A DNA stretch of 64,000 nt from contig CBDHHL010000046.1 of the NCBI GenBank assembly GCA_965263355.1, positions 64,001-128,000 of the forward strand, given 5' to 3'. The notes under the pieces are model-generated. The model was given only the letters and a program-made list of their open reading frames with translations. It searched no databases and was not told the DNA's origin. Shown here piece by piece: positions 47,469 through 56,375 of the stretch; position 1 is the first letter of the stretch, and each line of letters opens with the position of its first letter. Origin of the DNA: Leptolyngbyaceae cyanobacterium. Its GTDB lineage: Bacteria; Cyanobacteriota; Cyanobacteriia; Phormidesmidales; Phormidesmidaceae. Position numbers and translations under genes: made by a program.

Positions 47469-48389
47469 ATGGAACTCAAACAGATTTTTGACAGCATCCT
47501 AGACACCCTAGTGATCCATCCCGTCATCGACGGGATGGATCACATAGAGGATAATTCCATAGGCATAGTAGTGACGTCCTTCGGACCTACTGCATGTCTA
47601 GAAAAAGTCCGAGATTTCTCTTTTTGGACAGAGAGTAGATTTGTTGGACAACTTCTAAAATTATTGTCTAGAGACCCCAGAGTTTTAGACTCAAACCATT
47701 TACCCCAGATAATAAAATGGGGGCTCAGTCAGTGTGTTGAGGTGCGGGATGCGGTAATGCAAATCATAGATGTGTCCCGAAACAGCGAAGGATTAAAATT
47801 TCTAGCCGAGCACCAAGAGAATGTACCTTGGCTACGAGACTACCAAGAGCAGATACTGGCCAGTGAACTTGCTACAAATCCAAGCCTACCAGCTGTAGAT
47901 GTGCAACGCATACAAAATTCTGCTGCCCCAGAACCTAAAGGCTTGCCTAGCTTAATTTTCGACCCGCAAGATAGAGAGGAAAGAGATAGAGCCTTCTTTT
48001 ATTATTTTTTTCTACAAGTGTCTCCGGCCTTAAAACCTGAGGATTACCAAAAAATTGTGGAATCATTCCACAAAAAATTTGGGGAACCTATTGAGGGGAG
48101 ACCCTTCTCCTCCTGGACACATGCTCAAATTGAAAACTTTGCGGCCAAGTTTTCGCAAGCAGTTTGTTGTATAGATGCGAAAGAGCTAATAAGTTTATGT
48201 CGACGGGTGCAACCGCACCAGGTGTCGATCGTGAACTCCTCAGATGGGCAAGGGCTTCCTAAAACTGAGATCCAGGATATCGGCGATGGGACAGAAATTT
48301 TAAAAATCACATTATACGGAGTTGACAGAACCACTATAGAAAAAGCTCAAAAGAGTCTTTGTGAAGCTAAATCAACGCTGCCTGCCTAA
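47469..48389 (+). CDS. Hypothetical protein
   Basis: 306-aa ORF with a HEAT-like helical segment (VEVRDAVMQ). Confidence 0.7.
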   Translation: MELKQIFDSILDTLVIHPVIDGMDHIEDNSIGIVVTSFGPTACLEKVRDFSFWTESRFVGQLLKLLSRDPRVLDSNHLPQIIKWGLSQCVEVRDAVMQIIDVSRNSEGLKFLAEHQENVPWLRDYQEQILASELATNPSLPAVDVQRIQNSAAPEPKGLPSLIFDPQDREERDRAFFYYFFLQVSPALKPEDYQKIVESFHKKFGEPIEGRPFSSWTHAQIENFAAKFSQAVCCIDAKELISLCRRVQPHQVSIVNSSDGQGLPKTEIQDIGDGTEILKITLYGVDRTTIEKAQKSLCEAKSTLPA

Positions 48390-49080
48390 CAGATCTCCTA
48401 AATTTCTCCTTGTCACCTTCTACCGCCGCCACAGGTTCCAACTCATCACTAAGAGCATAATCAACCGGGATTACAAACTTACGGCTCTTCTTTGGGTGTA
48501 TTTTACGTTCTCCGTAAGCCATTGCGGGTACTGCAGAGCAAATTGTACCTCGTAAATTTTCTGCCAGCTCTTGCTCTAAAGGCCGCCTTTTTGAAGAAAA
48601 ACCAGCGCGCAAAAAATGCTTCCGCCAGTAAGGAGTACCGACTCGTTCTTCCGCTCTTGCAATAGCCCTTTTTCGTTCTCCCTTAGTTACATTTTTTGGT
48701 CGAAGAACATAGAGATCTCGACCCAAATCTCTCATGTTTCGCAACTTGTGACGAAATACCCTCGGCTCGACATCCAGCTTTTGCATATCCCCTGACGAAT
48801 TCACACCCACATCATCATAGGCATGAATAATTTGTCCGCGATTACCGACTAAACCTGAATGCGTCCAAACACGTTTAGGAGACCGGCCTTGGAACGCTCG
48901 AGCAAGAATTGAACCTAAGTCTTTTGGGGTCTCCGGAGTCTTGCTTAAGAAGATATCTCCTGGTTGCACATGCTTTTCAAACTCCTTGAAGTCATTATAA
49001 ATTGGTACCCCCTCTCCTACTTCATCTCGCTCAATAGAAGCCAATTTCATCAACTCATCAACAAAAGAACTTGTCACCAT
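48367..49080 (-). CDS. Permuted papain-like (YiiX/YebB-type NlpC/P60) enzyme
   Basis: QPGDIFL, WTHSGL (His) preceding GTPY and ICS (Cys), the permuted catalytic order. Confidence 0.75.
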   Translation of the reverse strand: MVTSSFVDELMKLASIERDEVGEGVPIYNDFKEFEKHVQPGDIFLSKTPETPKDLGSILARAFQGRSPKRVWTHSGLVGNRGQIIHAYDDVGVNSSGDMQKLDVEPRVFRHKLRNMRDLGRDLYVLRPKNVTKGERKRAIARAEERVGTPYWRKHFLRAGFSSKRRPLEQELAENLRGTICSAVPAMAYGERKIHPKKSRKFVIPVDYALSDELEPVAAVEGDKEKFRRSVRQAALI

Positions 49081-49186
49081 TTAAGTTAATTTTACCCCTA
49101 CTTGTACGGGAACTGAAAACTCTAGATTTTAAATTGTCACTTCAATGACGCCGTAACTCCCACAATCTCAACTAAAGTACAACCAC

Positions 49187-49522
49187 ATGGACAACACGTA
49201 CAATTACTGTTGGATTATCAAAGGTTATGAACCCGATGGAGATATTTGGGACCTTGAGGTATTAGACCACAAGCCAAGTGAACAAGAAATAGAACAGGCC
49301 CTGACGAAACTGCCAACAACAGCCGAGAATGCCAGAGTAAAAGTATTCAAGCTTCGAACACGTCGCGAACAAGCAATACAGGCCGAACGCTTGGCCATAA
49401 AGTTGGCTGAGGCCATGAAGAACAAAAACTTTCATATAGCTCGGTCGGCTCTGGATGAGATGTTGGCATTAACTGGCGCGCGCATGCTGCATGAGCTAGA
49501 ACAAGAACAAGAACAAATATGA
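49187..49522 (+). CDS. Hypothetical protein
   Basis: 111-aa ORF. Confidence 0.65.
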   Translation: MDNTYNYCWIIKGYEPDGDIWDLEVLDHKPSEQEIEQALTKLPTTAENARVKVFKLRTRREQAIQAERLAIKLAEAMKNKNFHIARSALDEMLALTGARMLHELEQEQEQI

Positions 49523-49527
49523 AACCT

Positions 49528-50076
49528 TTAATATAAGTTAGTACGGCTATATATACGCAAAGTGTTATAGTTGTTAACTGAGCCTAAAAGACCCAACCTC
49601 CCCAACTCCCCATCCACAAACTGAGCATCTCCCCAATCAGGCAAGTCAGACCTCTTAACTATATAAGTTAGTATGTCGAGTGCCTGCTTCCGTACAGTTC
49701 TGCATGGGTCAGACAACGAACAAACATCTGGGCAAGGCACATTCAATCTTTGTAGTAGATCAAGGACTCCTAATCTAGACTCTTGTTGAATTGCAAAACC
49801 CAAAGGATCTATAAAAGACCTCAGCTCCTGAAACTGTATTGCCTCATCCAACAAAGGACAGACCATTTGCATGTTCACAAGATGAGTGAAAGATTCTTTA
49901 GGTTGGTCTGAGAAAATAACCAAATGGGAAAGCTGTGAAATCATCCTCTGGATAAGAAGAATGCTTCTCCGATCTTGAAATTTGAAATGAGTTTCTACTG
50001 GAGGAAGGTATTGATTGTACCAAGTCTTCACAGAACCTACGGTAAAGATTCCATTTGGGTTCGTACACCCCCACAA
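49528..50076 (-). CDS. Hypothetical protein
   Basis: 182-aa ORF; start uncertain. Confidence 0.55.
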   Translation of the reverse strand: MWGCTNPNGIFTVGSVKTWYNQYLPPVETHFKFQDRRSILLIQRMISQLSHLVIFSDQPKESFTHLVNMQMVCPLLDEAIQFQELRSFIDPLGFAIQQESRLGVLDLLQRLNVPCPDVCSLSDPCRTVRKQALDILTYIVKRSDLPDWGDAQFVDGELGRLGLLGSVNNYNTLRIYSRTNLY

Positions 50077-50098
50077 AAAGTGTTGTGGCTTATTAAAT

Positions 50099-50644
50099 TC
50101 AGTTTAAATTGTTTGCGTATTGCACTAAACAATTTAATGTGAATATTTTGATCCGAGACTGCTCATGCCCATCTGAATCATATTCTATGGCTATTACCTC
50201 AACAGCCCTACCATCCACAGAATACCAGGACTGTTCAGGACTAGCCATAAGCCAGTTTAGCTGCTCGTGGCCTTGTTGATTTGTGAAAGCCAGGCTAATA
50301 TGTCTTGAATTTCTGGCAACGGAAACTAAATTGAAGTCCTTGTCTTGAAGTATTTGACCCGTATGAAGAAGGATCCAAGATACGAATGTTTGGTCCTTCT
50401 TGGGCAGGCTTGCTCGAAGAAAACACTTCCTCATCTCAACTGGGATAGGGTACTCACCGGGCTTATTAGCCCGACGCAAGCAGAGCTTTAAATGTCCTTT
50501 AATTTGCTCTTCTACTCGAGCCAATAGTGTTAACTGATTTGAGAGGGCAGATGTCCTCTCCTCAAGATCTCTAATATTGAGAAGTTCATTCACCTCTTTG
50601 AAAAGTTTCTCAAAAGAAGGCGGCATAGGTGCGACTGGCTTCAT
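50099..50644 (-). CDS. Hypothetical protein
   Basis: 181-aa ORF. Confidence 0.65.
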   Translation of the reverse strand: MKPVAPMPPSFEKLFKEVNELLNIRDLEERTSALSNQLTLLARVEEQIKGHLKLCLRRANKPGEYPIPVEMRKCFLRASLPKKDQTFVSWILLHTGQILQDKDFNLVSVARNSRHISLAFTNQQGHEQLNWLMASPEQSWYSVDGRAVEVIAIEYDSDGHEQSRIKIFTLNCLVQYANNLN

Positions 50645-50702
50645 AAGAACTAAAGAACAACATGCTACTCTTTATTAGTAAAGATGGCCAAAAACATGTT
50701 AC

Positions 50703-51113
50703 TCACAAGTCATCTTTTAGCCTTTTTTTAAGTGCTCTCGGGCCTAACTCTTTCAAGCTCGCCAACTCTCTCTGTGCTTGCCTTAGCGCTCTAGTTTTAC
50801 GCGCATTTTGCAACGCTGTATAGGCCCCATAGCCACCACCTACTATGGCTCCATGTGTCGGTCCCAGAGCAGCGTTATTGCGATAGGCAATGTCCCCCAA
50901 AGCTTCACCAGACACCGAGCCTAGAAAACCCGAGGCTGCGCCTGAACCTACATCGCGTAATAGCTCTACAGGCGTTCTATCTTCCTCACGAGCCCCATAA
51001 CCTCCCGCCAACGCCCCCAAAATAGTAGCGCTAATAGAGGGTGCATAAGCCTGTTTCTCCAATTGATAAGGAGCCTCCCAAGAGTAAATTAACTCCTTAG
51101 CATTCATAATCAT
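50703..51113 (-). CDS. Glycine-zipper protein (DRT family, paralog)
   Basis: AKELIYSW...EKQA N terminus, GxxxG runs, EDRT.ELLRD and a basic C terminus. Confidence 0.75.
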   Translation of the reverse strand: MIMNAKELIYSWEAPYQLEKQAYAPSISATILGALAGGYGAREEDRTPVELLRDVGSGAASGFLGSVSGEALGDIAYRNNAALGPTHGAIVGGGYGAYTALQNARKTRALRQAQRELASLKELGPRALKKRLKDDL

Positions 51114-51178
51114 GCTCTGATTCTAAACCCCCAACCCCTTACCCAAAACTAGGCAAACACTTTTGGGATAAGTATTAT

Positions 51179-52066
51179 ATGAGCTCAACTCATTCAGAAG
51201 ATATCGAAGTTGATTTTGGCTGGTCGCATTCATTCCTAGGGGTAGTGCTTCCCGGTCTAGTCATCTCTGTAGTCGGTATAATGTTCCTAGAGATGTTATA
51301 CCCAGAGGAGTACAAGCTCCTCAACGCCTATACCTACCGCATCCTGCCTGCGGTAGTCGCGCTGGGAGGCGCGGCTCTAGGGTACATCTTTGCTCTTCTC
51401 ACTGGTCGACTCGCTGCTACTGGCGGGGAAGCCAGAACAACGTTCTGGGTGGTGATGATTACATTATTCATCGCCCAATTCTTGTCCCTCTCTTCCAAAG
51501 AAATGCGGAAGGTGAAAGAAGAGCATCCTTACTACGTAGAGGCCTCTCGAATCCGATCCGAGCGTAACGGAATTCAGGAGGCCTACAACAAAGTAGGGAC
51601 GTCGAAGTCTCGATATGCAAAAGCTCGAGAACAAGACGAAGAACGGCGAAGAACAAACTACGAGAAAGACCTGGCAAGGGTTGAAAGGGACAGAAAGGCA
51701 CTGGAGGCCAAGTACCCTGACGGCCCACCAAAAATCCAACTCGATTCGAATTTCTACTGGGATGTTATAGGGTTGGTAGCCCTAAAAATGGTCTTTACAT
51801 TCCTTGGTGATGCCGCAGGACATTGGCAAGGGACAGGAGACCGACGTCGCGTTCTTCGCAACCGACGTATCGCTGCATTGAAGGAGGAGAACGAAAAGCT
51901 CCTCGCAGTGATTGAGGGGCTACAAAATCAGGCCCAGGACTTGCAGACCTCGGACCAAGACAACACCCCATCAGTAGATACTGAGACACCTCCAGGCAAC
52001 CAATCGCCTTCAACGATTACCAGTGGGCTCGGCCACTTGGTTGCGCACTTGGTTCCCAGAACCTAG
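51179..52066 (+). CDS. Multi-pass membrane protein with coiled coils
   Basis: About 4 TM segments; own promoter motif and terminator. Confidence 0.8.
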   Translation: MSSTHSEDIEVDFGWSHSFLGVVLPGLVISVVGIMFLEMLYPEEYKLLNAYTYRILPAVVALGGAALGYIFALLTGRLAATGGEARTTFWVVMITLFIAQFLSLSSKEMRKVKEEHPYYVEASRIRSERNGIQEAYNKVGTSKSRYAKAREQDEERRRTNYEKDLARVERDRKALEAKYPDGPPKIQLDSNFYWDVIGLVALKMVFTFLGDAAGHWQGTGDRRRVLRNRRIAALKEENEKLLAVIEGLQNQAQDLQTSDQDNTPSVDTETPPGNQSPSTITSGLGHLVAHLVPRT

Positions 52067-52070
52067 CGGG

Positions 52071-52113
52071 GAGGAAGAAAGCAGCTGCAACAGCTTTCTT
52101 CCTCTTTTAGCTA
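52071..52113 (+). terminator. Intrinsic terminator ending TTTTAGCTA
   Basis: GAGGAAGAAAGC/GCTTTCTTCCTC 12-bp stem plus T tract. Confidence 0.75.
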
Positions 52114-52135
52114 GTAATCCGCAGCAACCTAAGGC

Positions 52136-52669
52136 TTAGGAGCTGAGAATAACCCTCTTAGCCAATTCGCGCTCAGTTTCTTGCCTCTTGCGTTTTTCTC
52201 GATCTGCGAGATAGCCAATTCCTAACATCCCATATACAGTTGCAGCGTCTGCAACCCCCTTTTCCACCTTGCCTATCCCAGAACGCATAAGCCTTTTGTA
52301 ATCTCCCGTCCTTGAAACAAAGCCCTTGGCTGGCGCAGCCGGAGGTACTATTTCAGAATATCTTGCTGGGCTAAGGCCAAGTTTCTGCCATATGTTATCC
52401 TTATGTTGGTGAATTTTGTTATATTTTTGTTGTCTTACTGCTCGAGATGACCTCCAAAATTCTCTTTTGCTCCTTAACAGGTTCTCCGCTCGGGAAATGT
52501 CCTCCAAACCATCAACAAGACCTCGGAGGGTAGCTCCGTTTTTGAGCCGTGAATAAAACCTATTGAGGCCGGATAAAGTTCTCTGCCCTCCTTTTAAAAT
52601 TTGACGTTTCATGGACCAGGACGCCTGTTTCTCCCACGAATGAACAAGACTGGCTGCGGATGCTTTCAC
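52136..52669 (-). CDS. Basic protein with AASLVHSWEKQA N-terminal motif
   Basis: 177 aa, Arg/Lys-rich; TAAGCT-N6-GTG upstream. Confidence 0.7.
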   Translation of the reverse strand: MKASAASLVHSWEKQASWSMKRQILKGGQRTLSGLNRFYSRLKNGATLRGLVDGLEDISRAENLLRSKREFWRSSRAVRQQKYNKIHQHKDNIWQKLGLSPARYSEIVPPAAPAKGFVSRTGDYKRLMRSGIGKVEKGVADAATVYGMLGIGYLADREKRKRQETERELAKRVILSS

Positions 52670-52807
52670 AAAATTAGCTTACAAGACACTCAACTGTCAT
52701 AGAACTTAGTGACTTTAAATTGTTGCTTGAACTTCATACCCACAAGATGGAGAGGGCCTTAAAAGGAGTCTGAAAGGACTTTTGTCTAACTCACATACTA
52801 TTGCAGT

Positions 52808-53167
52808 TTAACTATTTCGGACTAACATCTTGAACCCGAATGGAACCGAAATAGTTTCATCCTCGATTAAGCCTGCCAAGATTGATAAATCACTCCCTGT
52901 ATTCACAGTGAGGTTATTGCCAATAAAAACATGAAACCCAATACCCTTTAGGGTAACAGTCCCACTGTCAAAGGTAACTTGAGGTGGCACTTCATTGGAG
53001 TTTGGGGCCCCAGTCAATAATGCCTTAGCTTCCGCAGTTATAACTACGTCAGCAGCATTAACTTGAACAGCATTGTCCACTGGAGGCTCATTCAAGATGT
53101 TTGGTGAGGTCATATCAGACACTGCTCCGACAGCACCTCTGTAAGCGAAAATCTTTACAACAGCCAT
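52808..53167 (-). CDS. Probable virion protein (beta-rich)
   Basis: 119 aa, Val/Gly/Asn-rich. Confidence 0.6.
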   Translation of the reverse strand: MAVVKIFAYRGAVGAVSDMTSPNILNEPPVDNAVQVNAADVVITAEAKALLTGAPNSNEVPPQVTFDSGTVTLKGIGFHVFIGNNLTVNTGSDLSILAGLIEDETISVPFGFKMLVRNS

Positions 53168-53446
53168 TTCGAGAATTATGTTACATGATTGTTGTGGACA
53201 ACAAAGAACTTAAATCATTTTCTAAAATTCGCTTTTCAAGGTTCTTGATCTTTCGGTAATTGGAGAAGAGATAGCGGAGCAACTTCTCGATAGTATATAT
53301 GGGCACTCCTTTATCTATTGCACTAAAACGCAACGCGCAGAGGGCTGGTCGCCACAAATTGGACCAGTCCGTGATCAGAACTCAAAGTGACAAGGTCGTA
53401 GTCCCACTCTCCAAGAATGCGATAGTTTAGATATCATCAAATATCA

Positions 53447-54073
53447 TTAAGCTTTTTTCTTCCTATCCCTTTTCTTTAGTGCTTTGTTATATTCCCTTTT
53501 CTTCTTGTTGTAGTGATGGGCATAGATACCAGAACTCAAGGCTGCTATGGTGTCATTTTCCAGGTAGTGCTGCCCCAACGTACTGTTTATCCTAGAAATG
53601 ACTTCTTCGGGTTTTGTGATTTTGATGCTATCGTAAATAGCAGCTTGTCTTCGAGCAAATAAATACATTTCATATGTTTCGGAGGATACTTCCGAGCCTT
53701 GTTCCCACAATTTTTCAACAGCTTCTATAAAGGCTTTGTTCCGATTAACTTTATCCAGGTTATTGAAAGCTTTTTCAAAGCCAGCTTGCGCTAGGGGATG
53801 CATTTTTTTCTGGAAATACCGTCCAGATCCAGACAAGGCAGAACCGATAACAAGACCCGCGCCGGCACCTTGCAAAGCCCTGCTAGTACGATCTTCTCCT
53901 TCTGCAGTTGCATATCCAGTAAGACCCCCAGCAACGGGGCCCACAATTGCTGGGGTGACATACCGAGGAAGTGCCATTCGTGTTAAAAAACTCTTAGGTC
54001 TTGAAATTTGAGTCAGAGCCTTACTGGGACCTCTAGACCACCAGGAAGGAATTCCTGCTTGTTTGCGTTTCAC
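53447..54073 (-). CDS. Glycine-zipper protein (DRT family, paralog)
   Basis: MKRKQA start, AGGLTGY...EDRT...GAGAG and a Lys-rich C terminus. Confidence 0.7.
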   Translation of the reverse strand: MKRKQAGIPSWWSRGPSKALTQISRPKSFLTRMALPRYVTPAIVGPVAGGLTGYATAEGEDRTSRALQGAGAGLVIGSALSGSGRYFQKKMHPLAQAGFEKAFNNLDKVNRNKAFIEAVEKLWEQGSEVSSETYEMYLFARRQAAIYDSIKITKPEEVISRINSTLGQHYLENDTIAALSSGIYAHHYNKKKREYNKALKKRDRKKKA

Positions 54074-54098
54074 AGATGTATAATAAGAGTCCAGACAA

Positions 54099-54141
54099 GT
54101 CTCTCAAACTTAATACAGTTGTCTCTCAAAAGCCTTAATAC
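54099..54141. repeat. Tandem imperfect direct repeat GTCTCTCAAA...CTTAATAC
   Basis: Copies start at 54099 and 54121 in a divergent promoter region. Confidence 0.55.
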
Positions 54142-54220
54142 TGAACTAGGATTTTTGCATGGACAATCACCACAGCAATACGGGACGATTTGTCGTGTGT
54201 TCTAAAAGACAAATTGATGT

Positions 54221-54244
54221 CACCTGTTCTAAAAAGAACAGGTG
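54221..54244. promoter_or_regulatory. Inverted repeat CACCTGTTCT-AAAA-AGAACAGGTG overlapping a start codon
   Basis: Perfect 10-bp arms; TGTTCTAAAA is also repeated at 54198-54207. Confidence 0.6.
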
Positions 54245-54847
54245 GTGAGTCCCCAAATATTACTGGTTAAGTACTCCAAAAAATCCGAGAAACTATTCTT
54301 GGAATTACTGCAACATAGCAACTCAATTGAAAACGACGTCGCACTCGAGACTCTGAAACAGATCGGACCTATAGAACCTTCCAGCGAGGGAGTAACAAGT
54401 CTCCCTCTCAAAGGTCCTTTAATCCTGATGATGCCCACTTCCGTGAAATACATCTCAGAGGAGATCTCCATACCAGGTGATACTGTGGAAACGATTGAAA
54501 ATTTTGCCATCCGAAAAACTGTCGAACACTTTGACGGAAGTACAATTAGGGCAGCTAGGGTCCTTGGTATAAGCCAAAGGAAAATCCAAGCAAAACTTAA
54601 GCAATGGAGAAAAGAAGAAGCAGAGTTAGAACGTAAGAAATCTAACCTAGAGGAATTTCAAACATTGTGCCCGTATTGCCATTCAATTTGTTGTTGCGAA
54701 ACTTCTCAAAGCGTCGATGGAAATCTAGAGCAATGTGCCCCCTATACCTGCGATAGTTGTGGTGCTCGGGAAATAGGGTTAGAAAATCCAACCGGTTTAG
54801 AAGGCATAGAACGAAAAACAGGGTGGTATCGAGGCCCAATCCAGTAA
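54242..54847 (+). CDS. Fis-type HTH protein fused to a C-terminal zinc ribbon
   Basis: TVETIENFAIRKTVEHFDGSTIRAARVLGISQRKIQAKL (HTH_8-like); CPYC...CDSC...KTGWY. Confidence 0.8.
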   Translation: MVSPQILLVKYSKKSEKLFLELLQHSNSIENDVALETLKQIGPIEPSSEGVTSLPLKGPLILMMPTSVKYISEEISIPGDTVETIENFAIRKTVEHFDGSTIRAARVLGISQRKIQAKLKQWRKEEAELERKKSNLEEFQTLCPYCHSICCCETSQSVDGNLEQCAPYTCDSCGAREIGLENPTGLEGIERKTGWYRGPIQ

Positions 54848-54890
54848 AATAAAAATGTCCTAGGAAGCAATACCCCGCTTCCTAGGACGT
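54846..54890 (-). terminator. Intrinsic terminator for the minus-strand transcript
   Basis: GTCCTAGGAAGC/GCTTCCTAGGAC 12-bp stem (54857-54888) followed on the minus strand by a T-rich tract. Confidence 0.8.
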
Positions 54891-54893
54891 TGG

Positions 54894-55044
54894 GTTGAGA
54901 CTTAGATTGTTGGCGACGATTAAGTTGTGCCTGAACTTGATGCTCACGCTCTCCCGTTGAGCTACCACCCCATAAAGAGGAGTGGGCGGGATTTGAACCC
55001 ACACACTGAGCCTAAAACACAACGATTGATCCAACAAACTCAAC
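54894..55044 (-). ncRNA. Circularly permuted tRNA-like (Y-RNA/YrlA-like) module A on a long stem
   Basis: Core 55011-54942: GCTCA-GTGT-GTGGG TTCAAAT CCCGC-CCACTCC TCTTTAT GGGGTGG-TA-GCTC AACGGGA GAGC-G-TGAGC; three further closing helices. Confidence 0.85.
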
Positions 55045-55047
55045 AAT

Positions 55048-55189
55048 GCTAAATTTCTGAGGAATAAATTAAGATTAACATCCCTGCGTCTACCAATTCC
55101 GCCACCCTTTTTCTGTCATAAAAGGGACAGGACTCGAACCTGCATGTCCATGGGACTAGGATGATATCAATCTAAAACTGAATTTTAGC
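55048..55189 (-). ncRNA. Circularly permuted tRNA-like module B (Leu-type D loop and variable arm) on a long stem
   Basis: Core 55163-55079: CATCC-TA-GTCC CAT GGAC-AT-GCAGG TTCGAGT CCTGT-CCCTTTT ATGACAGA AAAAGGG-TG-GCGGAATTGGTAGACGC-AG-GGATG. Confidence 0.85.
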
Positions 55190-55193
55190 TTGC

Positions 55194-55218
55194 CTCAGTG
55201 AACGACTCGTTCACTGAG
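55194..55218. other. Perfect hairpin CTCAGTGAACGA-C-TCGTTCACTGAG
   Basis: Lies between the stop codon at 55242 and module B. Confidence 0.7.
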
Positions 55219-55241
55219 ATAGTTCTAACCAAAAAATGAAA

Positions 55242-55973
55242 CTAAGACAAGATAAAATTAAAAATACGTTCCCCAACAGGTATCTTTTTTGCGACCGTTT
55301 CATTCGCCGCTTCTCGAGCCATTTTCACGGCATCGATGAGCAGCTCAACTCTTTTTCGTAGCTCCGCCTTCCTCGGTGCGGGACACGCTGCTGAAAAGTT
55401 GACGGTGGTCCAACTACCAACCACCTCGTCCATGTGGACTAATTCAGTTTGTGCTGGATGATGTTCTGTCGCTTCATATTTGACGATGACCTTTGGGATT
55501 TTTCGGGTTTTAGAGGTGTTTACTGGCTCAGAGCGAAACAGCCCTGTTGCTGGATCAACGGTCCAATTTTGAGCTGAGTCAAGCTCTGGGATCTTACTAA
55601 TTTCATCCTTTAGGTCATTCAATTGCTTTTCCAGAAAAAGCAGGTAAGTTGCCGGAGCACCCTTAATAATGACCCGTTCCCCCACAACCACGTCTGCTTT
55701 AGCTTCACAATTAGCCCAATCTTTTTGCGCAGTAACATCCAACAGTCCGGTCATGTTATCTGCAATATCTTGCAGTAATTGATCTGTTTGGCACTGCACC
55801 TTGGAAGACTCCCCAGAAAAGTCTTCTCCATCTTCATCCCGCTTTTGGTATGTGCGAGTCATTCCGTTAAATAGGTTGGGTTTTTGGAAAGTTTTGTACG
55901 TTTGGGTCAAAAAAGCAAAGCAACGGCTCTTTACACCCTTTTCTATTGCAATAACCTGGTTCAATTTAGTCAT
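55242..55973 (-). CDS. Uncharacterised coiled-coil/beta-hairpin protein upstream of the permuted tRNA-like RNAs
   Basis: Start reassigned to ATG 55973 (MTKLNQVIAIEKGVKS); motifs KDWANCEAKADV, PATYLLFLEKQL, ATEHHPAQ, AVKMAREAAN. Confidence 0.85.
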   Translation of the reverse strand: MTKLNQVIAIEKGVKSRCFAFLTQTYKTFQKPNLFNGMTRTYQKRDEDGEDFSGESSKVQCQTDQLLQDIADNMTGLLDVTAQKDWANCEAKADVVVGERVIIKGAPATYLLFLEKQLNDLKDEISKIPELDSAQNWTVDPATGLFRSEPVNTSKTRKIPKVIVKYEATEHHPAQTELVHMDEVVGSWTTVNFSAACPAPRKAELRKRVELLIDAVKMAREAANETVAKKIPVGERIFNFILS

Positions 55974-56003
55974 TAAAAATGGCCTACCGGAAAAACGGGC
56001 CGA

Positions 56004-56375
56004 GTGCAAAGTTTGTTTGTTTTGTCCCTATTCCTTCATCTCTCTGTCACGCTATTCGCTGAATATGTGCCACGCATGAGTGAACAGTATAGTGCTATCG
56101 CACGATTTTTAGATTTATCCGAAGAGGCAGTGAAATGCCTTCACGAGTGGATTTCACTCGTTGAATCTGCTCAAGAAAATACGGAAATCGCTGAGGGGAC
56201 TCTTTTGACAAAAGAAGAGGACCCAAAAGTTTTGAGGGAGCTCGAAGGAAAAGGGTACCTTACCGAAGAAGCACAAGGGTTCAAGCTAAACGAGCCATTT
56301 TTGAGAAACCGCTTAATTGCGATCAATATTTTTGCGAATCAACACCTTAGGTCTGAAGACGAAGTTCCGTCATAA
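56004..56375 (+). CDS. Possible winged-helix protein (start probably ATG 56076)
   Basis: KVLRELEGKGYLTEEAQGFKLNE wHTH-like end. Confidence 0.55.
   Translation: MQSLFVLSLFLHLSVTLFAEYVPRMSEQYSAIARFLDLSEEAVKCLHEWISLVESAQENTEIAEGTLLTKEEDPKVLRELEGKGYLTEEAQGFKLNEPFLRNRLIAINIFANQHLRSEDEVPS

Noticed and set aside
53168..53446. Possible gene remnant on the plus strand
   Set aside because: The short open frame has no start codon or recognisable motif.
54742..55002. 86-aa minus-strand ORF
   Set aside because: It starts inside a tRNA-like T arm, crosses the terminator and overlaps a real plus-strand gene; the RNA structure explains it.
54942..55163. Reading the two modules as ordinary tRNA genes, or as halves of one intron-containing tRNA
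   Set aside because: The acceptor strands pair only within each module (CCACTCC/GGGGTGG; CCCTTTT/AAAAGGG) and in permuted order. Joining the module B 5' half to the module A 3' half gives no acceptor or anticodon stem.
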